This document shows positions 1-9,748 of a stretch of 64,000 bases of DNA, in pieces. Both the position numbers and the translations under genes were made by a program. Under the pieces are notes generated by a model, which had not been told where the DNA came from, made no database searches, and saw nothing but the letters and a program-made list of their open reading frames with translations. The number at the start of each line of letters is the position of its first letter. The stretch's first letter is position 1. This stretch comes from an uncultured Vicinamibacterales bacterium. GTDB taxonomy: Bacteria > Acidobacteriota > Vicinamibacteria > Vicinamibacterales > JAKQTR01. The stretch covers positions 5,774-69,773 of the forward strand of contig CAZJRM010000001.1 of the NCBI GenBank assembly GCA_964547975.1, in the 5' to 3' direction.

Positions 1-165
1 CGAGCAGCAGGACGGAAGCCGCGACGGCGGCCCACGAAACGGGTCTTCGGAGGTCGTTCACCTTGGCACTCCCAGGCTGCCATTGTACGTGAGATACGCG
101 CGCGCCCCCGACGCTGGCATCTCGCGACGCGGATCCTGGCACGGCTCCGCCGCGTCCATAGGACC

Positions 166-849
166 ATGACCCGCCCCACGACCACCGCGATCGGACGCGC
201 CGCCATCACGCTGATGGTGCTGGGCGCCCTGAGTGTGAGCGCCGCCGCGCAGACGGCGCCTGCGGGGCCTGCGGCCGTGGTGGCTCGCCCGGCGTCCTCC
301 GCCCTCGAGGGATCCTCCGGCTGGTACCTCAAGGGCCGGTTCCTGGCGGGAGTCCAGGCCGGGCCCACGCTGTCGCCGTTCTTCCGCTTCAACAGCGGCC
401 GGACAGGCTGGGGGCCGACCTTTGGTCTCAATTGGACGACGACGACGCTGAGCGCGGACACCGGGACGGGCAACGTCGCCGTTGCCCGGTTGAAGCTGAG
501 GCCCGTCATGGCCGGCATCAGCTACGCGCATGTCTTCGGTCGGGTCAGGGTCAACGCCGGTGTCGTTGGTGGCTACACCTTCAACACCGTCGAGCCGGAG
601 GTCGCGTTGCCGCCGGGTGTGCAGGCCTCGGTGCGGTTGACGAACGCCTGGGCCGCCGGCCCGAAGGCCGGCGCCACGCTTGCGCTGACCAGGCGTCTCG
701 CGCTGACGGCGTCGGCCGCCTACGTCTTCACCGACCCGAAGATCGAGACTCGCGTCGTCCGGGACGGCGCGCAAGTCTACTCGTCGTCTGGCCGTGTGAG
801 AGGCGATTCGCTCTCGCTGCGCGTGGGCCTCGGCGTCTCGCTGTTCTGA
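166..849 (+). CDS. Secreted outer-membrane beta-barrel protein (OmpW/OMP_b-brl-like)
   Basis: 227-aa ORF with a signal peptide (..LGALSVSAAAQ). It shows an alternating Gly/aromatic beta-strand pattern and a terminal aromatic residue (..GVSLF) typical of BAM substrates. Confidence 0.6.
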   Translation: MTRPTTTAIGRAAITLMVLGALSVSAAAQTAPAGPAAVVARPASSALEGSSGWYLKGRFLAGVQAGPTLSPFFRFNSGRTGWGPTFGLNWTTTTLSADTGTGNVAVARLKLRPVMAGISYAHVFGRVRVNAGVVGGYTFNTVEPEVALPPGVQASVRLTNAWAAGPKAGATLALTRRLALTASAAYVFTDPKIETRVVRDGAQVYSSSGRVRGDSLSLRVGLGVSLF

Positions 850-873
850 CGACCGGCGGCCTGGCGTCCCACG

Positions 874-2148
874 TCAGAACTTGAAGCCCGCCGTCACATG
901 AACCCGGGCTCCCTTGTCGATGCCGTAGGCCACGTCGAGGTTGAGGCTGACGAGCGGCGCCCGGAGGTACCAGCCTGCGCCGACGCCGTAGTGCCACGTC
1001 GCATCGGCCAGGCGGACGTGCGAGTCGTACACCGCCGCGGCATCGCCGAACAGCGTGAAGCCGCTCTGTCCCAGGCGCATCGGCGAGTGCGTCGGGAGAC
1101 GCAGTTCGACCGACCCGGCCGCGAGCTGATCGCCGACGAACGAACCCGCGCGGAACCCGCGCAGCGTGGCCATGCCGCCGGCCATGGCCTGCTCGTAGGG
1201 CGGCAGCGGGCCGCTGGACGTGTCCGAGACGCCTCGCAGGGCCAGCACGCTCGACCCAAGCAAGCCCAGGTAGGCCTGCGCGTCGACGTGGTATCGGTTC
1301 ACGCGCGGCCCGATCTCGGGCTCGAAGGCGCGCCATCCGGCGTTGATCGCGACGGCGTTGCGCGGAAACGCCGGGTTCTGTCGCGTATCGACGATGAGGC
1401 GGGCTCCGTAGGTGGCAAAGTACTCCTTGCGGTCGCCGAAATGGACGTCCGACCATCCGCCGCCGACGGCCACCTGGACCTGGGGCCGCAGAATCGGCAC
1501 CGCGATTTCCGCCCGCAGCTCCTTCCGCTCGTCGTCGATGTCGAACGCGGGGTTCTCGCGGCTCGACCACGACGCCGCCGCGGTGAGGCGGCTGACCGGG
1601 CCGCGCGGCAGGGTCTTGTCGGCTTCGATGGCGAGCTGCTTGCGGTCGCCCCAGGTGAGCGGTACCGACAGGCGGCCTTCCCGGCCGAGCACGTGGACGA
1701 AACTCGTGCGGACGCCGTACGTGAGACCGTAGCCATCGACGTACTCGAGCGTCGGCGAGAACATCGACGTGTTGATGAACCGCTTCAGCGGGTTGGGCGG
1801 ACCCGTCGGGATGTCGATGCTGATGACGCTGCCGGGGATCTCCTGCACGATGATCACCACGGCGACGGGGCCCGATTCGTCCAGCGTGCGGAACCGGATG
1901 CGGACTTCGACCTGAACGAAGAGGTCGGACTTCTTCACCCGCGCTTCGATGGCCTGCGCGCCTCCGGGCGGCAGCGGCTGACCGACCGCGAGGCCGGACA
2001 GGCGGACGATCTCCGCGTCCGCCGTACGGTAGTTGCCGTGGATACGAACGTCGGCGACGATGGGAGAGGAAGCCGTGACCGGCACCTGCGCGACGGCAAC
2101 GCCCGCGGCCGTCAGCAGCAGCGTCAGGGACAGCACCAGGCGCCTCAT
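874..2148 (-). CDS. BamA/TamA-family Omp85 outer-membrane protein with a single POTRA domain
   Basis: I trimmed the track ORF 874..2433 to the internal ATG at 2148 ([21 protein letters not shown] signal peptide). It has a POTRA-like N-terminus, the L6-loop-type motif GGMATLRGF and a C-terminal ..TAGFKF. The start forms an ATGA overlap with the stop of the upstream gene. Confidence 0.75.
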   Translation of the reverse strand: MRRLVLSLTLLLTAAGVAVAQVPVTASSPIVADVRIHGNYRTADAEIVRLSGLAVGQPLPPGGAQAIEARVKKSDLFVQVEVRIRFRTLDESGPVAVVIIVQEIPGSVISIDIPTGPPNPLKRFINTSMFSPTLEYVDGYGLTYGVRTSFVHVLGREGRLSVPLTWGDRKQLAIEADKTLPRGPVSRLTAAASWSSRENPAFDIDDERKELRAEIAVPILRPQVQVAVGGGWSDVHFGDRKEYFATYGARLIVDTRQNPAFPRNAVAINAGWRAFEPEIGPRVNRYHVDAQAYLGLLGSSVLALRGVSDTSSGPLPPYEQAMAGGMATLRGFRAGSFVGDQLAAGSVELRLPTHSPMRLGQSGFTLFGDAAAVYDSHVRLADATWHYGVGAGWYLRAPLVSLNLDVAYGIDKGARVHVTAGFKF

Positions 2149-3191
2149 GACTGCGGCTCCCGCGGGACGTAGCCGCGAATCTTCGCGCTGACTTCGCCGC
2201 GACGGTAGTCGAAGAAGTCGCGCGAGTAGGTGAAGCGCAACGTGCCCGGCGCGAATGTCACGGCGCCGGTGAAGGTGACGTCCTTCGGCAGCCAGATGCC
2301 CTCGAAGACGCGGCCCATGGTCATGGACGCGCGACCTTCGTCCACGCGGGCAATCTGACGGCCGGGCAGGAACCCCCAGTCCAGGTTGTCGAACGTGAAG
2401 CGGACGATCTGGTATTCCTGCGGATCGATCCACATCGTCACCCGCGACGTCTTGTTCATCGCCCGGTCGATCTTCTCGTCGTCGTCGGGCGCCGGCACTT
2501 CGTTGCCGGGCTTGCGCGGTGGCGACGGTTTGCCCGCGGGTTTCGTTTCCTGAGCCGTCCCGGTCGGGGCCGTCTTCTTCTCGGTCTTCTTCGGCGGATC
2601 GTCGTCGAACATCTTCGACGGGAGGTATTCGATCTTCAGGACCTCGCGGCCATCGAGGCGCTCGCGCCCGGCGAAGTAGTAGTTGCCGGGTTCGAACCTG
2701 AACTTCATGAAGTACGCCTCCGAGATGAAACGCGGTTCGACGCCGGCGCCCGCCAGGCCGCTGAACTGCACGTCGCCGGTGACGGACATGCTGAGTTCGA
2801 CCTTGCGCGTTTCGTCCTTCTCGTTCGCGCGTTGTTCCCGTTTCTTCTCGTCGGCGAGCCAGCGTTCTTCGTACTTCGTCCGTTCCGCCTCGGCGATCTC
2901 GACCCCGTTGGCCTTGACCGGGCTGCGGATCAGGTACCCGTCGCGAATGAACCAGTGGAATTCGCGGCGCAGACCGTGCAGCGGGAATCCGCCGGGGCCC
3001 AGCACCTGAAACGTCTCGCGTTCGCTCAGGATGTAATCGTGCAGCGTACGCCAGTTCTCGTTCCGCTTCTCGAGCACCTTGGCCATGAACGTATCCAGGT
3101 CGTTCGGCATCGGTGGAGGCGCGGGGGCCTGGGCCGCAAGCACGGCCGAGCAGGCCACGACGGACGACAGGACGGCGAGACGGAAGGACAC
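2145..3191 (-). CDS. Secreted hypothetical protein, possibly with a LolA-like / lipoprotein-sorting fold
   Basis: 348-aa ORF with a signal peptide (..CSAVLAAQA) and a Lys/Glu-rich central linker. Its stop overlaps the Omp85 start. The fold assignment is only an impression from the sequence pattern. Confidence 0.5.
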   Translation of the reverse strand: MSFRLAVLSSVVACSAVLAAQAPAPPPMPNDLDTFMAKVLEKRNENWRTLHDYILSERETFQVLGPGGFPLHGLRREFHWFIRDGYLIRSPVKANGVEIAEAERTKYEERWLADEKKREQRANEKDETRKVELSMSVTGDVQFSGLAGAGVEPRFISEAYFMKFRFEPGNYYFAGRERLDGREVLKIEYLPSKMFDDDPPKKTEKKTAPTGTAQETKPAGKPSPPRKPGNEVPAPDDDEKIDRAMNKTSRVTMWIDPQEYQIVRFTFDNLDWGFLPGRQIARVDEGRASMTMGRVFEGIWLPKDVTFTGAVTFAPGTLRFTYSRDFFDYRRGEVSAKIRGYVPREPQS

Positions 3192-3269
3192 ACGGACTCC
3201 TTGGCAGGCTGGCGCTTCAGTCTATGACGGAATCGGAGCCGTCCCGGTTCGACGCGACCCGGATTCCGG

Positions 3270-6200
3270 TCACTCCAGTTCGTCGAGGGCCGCCTCGAAC
3301 GCCTCCGACAGGCGACCGGCATCGGCCCGGGTGACGCACATCGGAGGCTTGATCTTGATCACGTTGTGGAACGGGCCGTCGGTGCTGACGAGCACCCCGC
3401 GGTCGCGCATCCGGTTCACCACCAGGCCGGCTTCGCGGTCGGCCGGCTCGAGCGACGTTCGATCGCGGACGAGTTCCACGCCGACGAACAGGCCCATCCC
3501 GCGCACGTCTCCCACCAGCGGGCGGCGAGTGGCGACGTCCCGGAGCCGCGCCAGGAGGTCGGCGCCGACCACCCGGGCGTTCTCCTGCAGGCCTTCGTCC
3601 CGGATGACGTCCAGGACGGCCAGCCCGACGGCGCACGACACGGGGTTGCCGCCGAAGGTGTTGAAGTACTCCATCCCGTTGGCGAACGCGTCGGCAATCG
3701 CCTTCGTCGTGACCACCACGCCGAGCGGGTGCCCGTTGCCGGCGGGTTTGCCCATCGTGACGATGTCCGGCACGACGTCCTGGGTCTCGAAGGCCCAGAA
3801 GTGAGAGCCAGACCGGCCGAATCCGACCTGCACTTCGTCGGCGATACACACGCCCCCGGCACGGCGCACGGCGTCGTAGCTCGCGGCGAGGTACCCCGGA
3901 GGCAGCACGACCTGTCCTCCGCAGCTCAGGATCGACTCGGCGATGAAGGCCGCCGGGGCCGTGCCCGCCTCGGTCATCCGCGAGATGGCGTCCCCGACAT
4001 GCCGCGCGTACGCGGCGGCGACGCCGGGCCCCCGATAACGGCCGCGGTACGCGTCAGGCATCGGGACCGTGTGTACCCACGGCGGCGCGCCTTGCCCGCC
4101 GGGGCCGTCGAACTTGTACGAACTGATGTCGACGATGGTCGTCGTGTTTCCGTGGTAGCCGACCTCGACGACGATCGTGTCGCGGCGGCCCGTGGCGGCC
4201 CGCGCGAGGCGCAGGGCGAGTTCGTTGGCTTCGCTGCCCGAGTTGACGAAGAAGCAGACCCGCAGCGGGTCGGGCAGCGTGTCGCACAGTCGCTCCGCGT
4301 AGCGGCCGATGGACTCGTGCAGGTACCGCGTGTTCGTGTTGAGGACGGCCATCTGTCGCTGGCCGGCGTCCACGACGCGGGGATGGCAGTGCCCGACGTG
4401 CGGAACGTTGTTGACCGCGTCGAGGTACGCGCGACCGTCCGCGTCGTAGAGGTGCTGCTTCCAGCCTCGGACGATCGTCAGCGGCCGTCGGTACGACACG
4501 CTCAGGGACGGTCCGAGACGGGCCCGCCGCTGTTCCAGCAAATCCGACGGCTCGGCGTAACGCGGGGCCCGGACGCCTTCGGGCAGCAGGGCGACGAGAT
4601 TCGGATCGGGCGACAGGCTCAGCCAGATGTCACGGGCGGCCGGGGTCGCAACGCCGGGGAAGTCGCCCCGGCGCCCGAGCAGGTCGGTGACGATCTGGAA
4701 GTGCAGGTGGGGTGGCCAGCCGCCGTTCTCCGCGGCCTCGCCGACGCGGGCGACACATTCGCCGCGGGCCACGTGACGCCCGGCCGGGAGCGCGGCGAGG
4801 GACTCGCGGGTGAGATGTCCGTAGAGGGTGTAGAAACGCGGACCTCCGTCAGCGGAGGCGTCGTGTTCGAGGATGACGGTGGGGCCGTAGTCGAACGCGC
4901 CTGCGTTGTCGGCCACGCTGTGCACCACGCCGGCGAGCGGCGCCAGCACCGGCGTGCCGGGGGCGGCGAACAGGTCGAGCCCCAGGTGCACGGTGCGCGA
5001 TTCGGGGCCGTCGTGGCCCGCGACCTCGAACACCGCACTCGAGTAGCAGGCACGGACCTCGTCGTAGCGGCCCACGCCGACCGTCGCGCCGGCGTCTTCC
5101 ATGAGGCGCCTGACGTGGCGTGAGAAACGCCCGGCGTCGGACCAGAGATCCGGCGTACCGGCCTCGGCGCTCGAGACGCTCAGGTCGATCACCCGGCGCG
5201 TCACCCGGGCGGGGTCGGGATCCAGCAGCGGGCCGATGTCCGCGCGATGGCCGGCGAGCCACGCGGTGACGCCCGAAGCCACGGGCGATGGCTCGAGACC
5301 GCAGGCATGGCGAAACGTGGCGAGCACGAGGGCCGGCGACAGCGTGTCGAACTGCGCGAGCAACGTCCACGCCGGCTGTTCCGTCACGAACAGGTACGCG
5401 TTGGCCGGGTCGACGTGACGCTGGTGAGCGGCGTTGACGACGCTGACCGACAGCCTCCGGATGACGAGCGGCCAGAGCGCGGCCCGTTCGTCGTCGGTGA
5501 GGGGGCGCGCGGCGTGATATCCCGCGACGATCGCGGCGGCGGCCGTCAGCGGATCGGGCTTGCCGAGCATCGCGTAGGCGATGGCGACGGCGAGTTCGTT
5601 GGCCGTCCACGTGCGCAGCAGGTCGCCGAAATCGATGAGGGCGGCGACGCGCTGCGCGTACGGGTCGGCCGCGTCGACGAGCACGTTGTGGTCGTTCGCG
5701 TCGTTGTAGATGACCGACACCGGCAGGCGGGGCGCGAGTGGCGTCAGCGCACCGTCGCTCCACTCGAACAGGCGTTCGACCAGCGCCCGCCGACCATCGT
5801 CGGTCACCTGCGGGAGGTAGGCGCGGATCCAGCCCGCGCGCCGCGGGTCCCATTTCAGTGAACGGTCGGCCGCCGGATGGTCGAACGACTCGAGCGCCCG
5901 ATCGAGCCGCCCGAGCACCTCGCCGAGGCCGCGGAGGAGGGCCGGAGAGTGCGGCCGGCATGCGGCGAGCGTCCGGCCGGCGACGTAGGTCAGGAGACGC
6001 ACCGTGTGCGCCCGGCCCGACGGGTCCTGCGCGGTGGTCGACGTCGCACCGCCCGCGGTGAGGACGAGGCGCGGCAGTGCCAGGTCGGGCGTCGTGCGCT
6101 CGAGATGCAGGAGCGCCTCCGTCTGCAGATCGAGCACCGCCGCGTCTTCGGTCGCGTTGGCGATCTTCAGGACGAACTGCCGGCCGTTGACCGCGTCGAT

Positions 6201-6326
6201 GCGGAAGTTCTGATCACGCTCGCTCGGCAGCGGCCGGGCCGTGCCGTCGATGGCGAAATGTTCGTGAACCAGCCGGGCGGCGTCGTGCTCGGTGAAGCGC
6301 GAGCGGGCGAAGGTGATGTCGACCAT
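3270..6326 (-). CDS. Three-domain fusion: APH-type kinase + M23 metallopeptidase-like domain + class-III PLP aminotransferase/phospho-lyase-like domain
   Basis: 1018-aa ORF. The N-terminus has kinase motifs ([20 protein letters not shown]). The centre has M23 motifs (HLGLDLFA.., [11 protein letters not shown]). The C-terminus has class-III aminotransferase motifs ([40 protein letters not shown]). Confidence 0.85.
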   Translation of the reverse strand: MVDITFARSRFTEHDAARLVHEHFAIDGTARPLPSERDQNFRIDAVNGRQFVLKIANATEDAAVLDLQTEALLHLERTTPDLALPRLVLTAGGATSTTAQDPSGRAHTVRLLTYVAGRTLAACRPHSPALLRGLGEVLGRLDRALESFDHPAADRSLKWDPRRAGWIRAYLPQVTDDGRRALVERLFEWSDGALTPLAPRLPVSVIYNDANDHNVLVDAADPYAQRVAALIDFGDLLRTWTANELAVAIAYAMLGKPDPLTAAAAIVAGYHAARPLTDDERAALWPLVIRRLSVSVVNAAHQRHVDPANAYLFVTEQPAWTLLAQFDTLSPALVLATFRHACGLEPSPVASGVTAWLAGHRADIGPLLDPDPARVTRRVIDLSVSSAEAGTPDLWSDAGRFSRHVRRLMEDAGATVGVGRYDEVRACYSSAVFEVAGHDGPESRTVHLGLDLFAAPGTPVLAPLAGVVHSVADNAGAFDYGPTVILEHDASADGGPRFYTLYGHLTRESLAALPAGRHVARGECVARVGEAAENGGWPPHLHFQIVTDLLGRRGDFPGVATPAARDIWLSLSPDPNLVALLPEGVRAPRYAEPSDLLEQRRARLGPSLSVSYRRPLTIVRGWKQHLYDADGRAYLDAVNNVPHVGHCHPRVVDAGQRQMAVLNTNTRYLHESIGRYAERLCDTLPDPLRVCFFVNSGSEANELALRLARAATGRRDTIVVEVGYHGNTTTIVDISSYKFDGPGGQGAPPWVHTVPMPDAYRGRYRGPGVAAAYARHVGDAISRMTEAGTAPAAFIAESILSCGGQVVLPPGYLAASYDAVRRAGGVCIADEVQVGFGRSGSHFWAFETQDVVPDIVTMGKPAGNGHPLGVVVTTKAIADAFANGMEYFNTFGGNPVSCAVGLAVLDVIRDEGLQENARVVGADLLARLRDVATRRPLVGDVRGMGLFVGVELVRDRTSLEPADREAGLVVNRMRDRGVLVSTDGPFHNVIKIKPPMCVTRADAGRLSEAFEAALDELE

Positions 6327-6430
6327 GCTGAAGCTCTCCTGCGCGTGACAGGGATCGCCGTACCAGTGTAATCCTCCAATGCGCTATGCTTCGAACCTGA
6401 GCGGTGTTCTCTCTTCGCGGGAGACCAGTC

Positions 6431-7735
6431 ATGCGTATGTGGCTCGCAGGCGTCGTCGCTGTGATCCTGGCGTCGAGCGTCGAGGGGCCGTTCGCGGCGG
6501 ACGCCCCGGCGGACCTCGCCGGCCGGGTCGAGGCCTACGTGGGACCGTACGCCCGGACGAACAATTTCAGCGGCTGCGTCCTCGTGGCCACCGGGGATGT
6601 CGTGAACGCCCGGCAGTGCTGGGGGATGGCCAACGACGAACACCGGGTTCCGAACACCCCCCGGACACGATTCCACATCGCGTCGGTGTCGAAGTCGTTC
6701 ACGGCGGCCGCCATCCTCCGCCTCGCAGACGCGGGGCGGCTGTCTGTCGACCAGCCCGTGGCGAGCGTGCTGCCCGGTTATCCGCGGGGCGAGACGATCA
6801 CGATCCACGACCTGCTCGCGCACCGATCGGGGATCCCGAACGTCAATGACCTCCCCGACTACGACCGGCGCTCCCGCGAGTCGTGGACGCCGTCCGAGAT
6901 CGTCTCGTGGTTCCAGGACCTGCCGCTCGAGTTCGAGCCCGGCTCGAGGTACCGCTACAGCAACTCGAACTACAACCTGCTGGCGCACATCATCGAGCGG
7001 GTGACGGGCCAGCGCTACGGTTCGTACCTGAGTGCGCAGGTGTTCCATCCCGCCGGACTGCGGGAGACCGGGCACGATGGACGGCCGCAGGACCTCGTGG
7101 CGAATCGTGCGGCCGGGTACCTCCCGGTCGACCTCGACGCGTTCGAAAACGCGCCGTACCTCGACTGGACCATCAAGACCGGGAACGGGTCGTTGTATTC
7201 CACCGTGGACGACCTGCACCGATGGGTGCAGGCGCTGGTCGGTGGACGGGTGCTGAGCGCCGCGTCCACCGCGAAGATGTTTGCCGACCATCGCGACGGC
7301 GCCGGCTACGGGTGGTCGGTGCGCGGCGGCGATCGCCCGTCCGCCTCCGTGACCGGGCGGTCGCCCGGATTCTCGTCCAGCGTCGAGTACTTCACCGGGT
7401 CGCGCGTGACCGTGGTGGTGACTGCCAACCTCTATTCGAGCATCGCGCAGACGATTGCCGCCGACCTCGGGGCGATCGCGCACGGAGAGGCACGCCGCGC
7501 GCTGGTGCCTGAGACGGCGATCCGGCTGGACCCGGCCGTGGCGGCACGGTTCGTGGGACGCTGGCAGTTCGGGCCCGACTTCTCGTACAACCCGAACATG
7601 CTGGCCACCGTGCGGATCCAGGACGGCGCCCTGACGATGGAGGGCAGCGGGGGCGCGGGCACTGCCTTCCTGATCCCGATTGGTGCCAACCGGTTCGTGG
7701 ACCGGCTCTACGGGAACGGTCCGGTTCGTCGTTGA
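6431..7735 (+). CDS. Serine hydrolase, beta-lactamase/PBP-like (class C family), apparently truncated by a frameshift
   Basis: SxxK motif (ASVSKSF), YxN-like YSNSNY, and a signal peptide. The start is ATG 6431, preceded by GGGAGA. The C-terminus continues in the +1 frame (see next feature). Confidence 0.75.
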   Translation: MRMWLAGVVAVILASSVEGPFAADAPADLAGRVEAYVGPYARTNNFSGCVLVATGDVVNARQCWGMANDEHRVPNTPRTRFHIASVSKSFTAAAILRLADAGRLSVDQPVASVLPGYPRGETITIHDLLAHRSGIPNVNDLPDYDRRSRESWTPSEIVSWFQDLPLEFEPGSRYRYSNSNYNLLAHIIERVTGQRYGSYLSAQVFHPAGLRETGHDGRPQDLVANRAAGYLPVDLDAFENAPYLDWTIKTGNGSLYSTVDDLHRWVQALVGGRVLSAASTAKMFADHRDGAGYGWSVRGGDRPSASVTGRSPGFSSSVEYFTGSRVTVVVTANLYSSIAQTIAADLGAIAHGEARRALVPETAIRLDPAVAARFVGRWQFGPDFSYNPNMLATVRIQDGALTMEGSGGAGTAFLIPIGANRFVDRLYGNGPVRR

Positions 7736-7856
7736 CGGGACCGGCCAGGCCACGGCGCTGGTCTGGAACTTCGGAACGGATTTCGTCGCCCGGCGGGCGG
7801 ACGGTTCGGAGTCCGCGTCGGCTCCGGTCCCGCGTGCTACGATTCCTGAACGATGA
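7722..7856 (+). other. Out-of-frame C-terminal continuation of the serine-hydrolase gene (44 codons + TGA)
   Basis: The +1 frame from 7722 reads RFVVDGTGQATALVWNFGTDFVARRADGSESASAPVPRATIPER*. Its TGA (7854-7856) forms an ATGA overlap with the ATG of the next gene (7853). Confidence 0.6.
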
Positions 7857-8293
7857 CACCAGCTGATGACGCCGTCGAACTCTTCCAGAACGGGTGTGCG
7901 TGTTCTCAGGCCGTGCTCGGGGCGTTCGCGCCGCGGTTCGGGATGGACACCGGGCAGGCGCTGCGCGTGTCCACGTGTTTTGCCGGAGGCATGCGCCGCG
8001 CCGAAACCTGCGGGGCCGTGACCGGCGCGCTGATGGTGATCGGCCTGGCGACGGCGGGGGACGAATGCCGGACCGCCGACGGCCGCGGGCCGGCGTACTC
8101 CGCGGCTGCGACCTTCGCCGATGCGTTCCGGCAGGCGCACGGCGCCCTCGAATGCCGCACGTTGCTCGGGTGTGACGTGTCCACCGAGGAGGGCAAACGG
8201 ATCGCTGCGGAGCGGAATCTCACGAAGACCCTCTGCCCGGAGTTCGTACGCTTCGCCGCGGAGTGGCTCGACCGGTCGCTGCCCGGGGAATAG
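7853..8293 (+). CDS. C_GCAxxG_C_C family (putative redox-active) protein
   Basis: 146-aa ORF with NGCACSQAVLGAF and further conserved Cys (CFAGGM..ETCGAV, ECRTLLGC, LCPEF). Confidence 0.7.
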   Translation: MTPADDAVELFQNGCACSQAVLGAFAPRFGMDTGQALRVSTCFAGGMRRAETCGAVTGALMVIGLATAGDECRTADGRGPAYSAAATFADAFRQAHGALECRTLLGCDVSTEEGKRIAAERNLTKTLCPEFVRFAAEWLDRSLPGE

Positions 8294-8305
8294 CGGGGAG
8301 GCGCG

Positions 8306-8962
8306 ATGCGCACGCTCGGACATCTGTTCGACAACAATCGCGCGTGGGCCGCCGCCATGACCGGGGAAGATCCGCAGTTCTTCGCCCGGTTATCGGCCAC
8401 CCAGACGCCGCGGTACCTGTGGATTGGCTGCTCCGACAGCCGCGTGCCCGCCAACGAAATCGTCGGGCTGCTGCCCGGCGAACTCTTCGTCCACCGGAAT
8501 GTCGCGAACGTCGTCGTGCACGCGGACCTGAACTGCCTGTCGGCCATTCAGTACGCGGTCGACGTGCTCGAGGTCGGTCACATCATCGTGTGCGGCCACG
8601 ACGGATGCGGTGGAGTGCTCGCGGCCCTGCGAGACGACCGGATCGGGCTCGCCGACAACTGGCTCCGACACGTGCAGGATGTCCGCTGGAAACACCGCGC
8701 CCAGCTCGAAGCGCTCGCGACCGAGCGCGAACGGCACGGGCGGCTGTGCGCGTTGAACGTGATCGAGCAGGTCGTCAACGTCAGCCAGACCACCGTGGTC
8801 CGCGAGGCGTGGGCTCGCGGGGCGTCCGTGGCCGTTCACGGGTGGATCTACAGCCTGCAGGACGGCCTGCTGCGAGACCTCGGGATGTGTGTGACGGGCG
8901 AGTCGGAGATTGCGGCATGCGCCGATGCCGCGCTGACCACCCTCGCGCGCCCCGCTGTGTAA
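8306..8962 (+). CDS. can: Beta-class carbonic anhydrase
   Basis: WIGCSDSRVP, FVHRNVANVV and VCGHDGCGGV zinc-ligand motifs. SD GGGGAGG lies upstream. Confidence 0.9.
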   Translation: MRTLGHLFDNNRAWAAAMTGEDPQFFARLSATQTPRYLWIGCSDSRVPANEIVGLLPGELFVHRNVANVVVHADLNCLSAIQYAVDVLEVGHIIVCGHDGCGGVLAALRDDRIGLADNWLRHVQDVRWKHRAQLEALATERERHGRLCALNVIEQVVNVSQTTVVREAWARGASVAVHGWIYSLQDGLLRDLGMCVTGESEIAACADAALTTLARPAV

Positions 8963-8997
8963 CGGTCCGGCGTGGCGGGCGCCAGGGCGGCCGATCG

Positions 8998-9666
8998 ATG
9001 AGACGGAGTGATGGCATGGGCAATCGGTGGCGGACGGCGGGTCTTCTGGCGCTCTGTCTCGCCGCGCCGGCATCGGCAGCGGCGCAGGAGGCCCCCATCG
9101 TCGTGCATGCGGCCGGCGTCGTGACGGCTCCGTTGTCGGGCACGGCCGACCACTTCAATCCCGGGCTCGGCGCGGCCGCCGGCGTCACTTGGAACTTCGC
9201 CGAATACTGGGGAGCGCGGGCCGACCTGGCCTGGTCCCGGCTGTCGGCGAAAGACGTGCCCGCGTCGATTGGCGCGCCGCTCGATGTGAGCGGCCACGTC
9301 GGGTACGCGACGGCGGACATCGTGTTTCGCGGGCAGCCCGGGGCGGCGCGGATCTACGTGCTGGCCGGCGTCGGGCTCTATCGGAGGGCGGTGAGCCTGT
9401 CCGGGAGCGGCAGCGGCCAGGTCAACGTGTGCAACCCCTGGTGGTTCGTCTGCGAGACGAAGGGTGTTCCTCTCGCGCGGGTGACAGGAGGAAGATCGAC
9501 GACCGACGTCGGCATCAACGTCGGGTTCGGCGCGACGTTCCTCCGCGATCGGGTGTTTGCCGAAGTGCGATTCCACTACGCGACCGGGCCGACCTACGAC
9601 ACGCCGCAGGGCGAGCAGATTGCGTCGGGGAAGTTCCTGCCGCTGATGGTGGGAGTGCGGTTCTAG
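8998..9666 (+). CDS. Secreted outer-membrane beta-barrel protein
   Basis: I trimmed the track ORF 8263..9666 to ATG 8998. It has a signal peptide (LLALCLAAPASAAAQ), a beta-strand pattern and a terminal ..MVGVRF. Confidence 0.6.
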   Translation: MRRSDGMGNRWRTAGLLALCLAAPASAAAQEAPIVVHAAGVVTAPLSGTADHFNPGLGAAAGVTWNFAEYWGARADLAWSRLSAKDVPASIGAPLDVSGHVGYATADIVFRGQPGAARIYVLAGVGLYRRAVSLSGSGSGQVNVCNPWWFVCETKGVPLARVTGGRSTTDVGINVGFGATFLRDRVFAEVRFHYATGPTYDTPQGEQIASGKFLPLMVGVRF

Positions 9667-9683
9667 GCGTGCCGGGCCTGGCT

Positions 9684-9710
9684 CGGGGGCTGGCTGAAGC
9701 CAGCCCCCAC
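9684..9710 (-). repeat. REP-like hairpin copy R1 (10-bp stem GGGGGCTGGC / 4-nt loop / GCCAGCCCCC, flank CGTGG on the minus strand)
   Basis: A perfect inverted repeat read directly from the sequence. It is intergenic, and the same architecture occurs at five other sites. Confidence 0.8.
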
Positions 9711-9748
9711 GATGCAGGCCGGGGGCCGAGAGCCGGATTGGAGCACGC

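Noticed and set aside
64-80. A sigma54-type promoter (TGGCAC ... CTGC) upstream of the first OM barrel gene.
   Set aside because: The spacing between the GG and GC elements is two nucleotides too long and the -12 element is CTGC rather than TTGC. A second TGGCAC at about 146 lacks any -12 element.
1-165. A possible 5' end of a minus-strand gene running off the left edge.
   Set aside because: Only about 50 nt would be inside the window, and there is no recognisable motif or start context, so it is not supportable.
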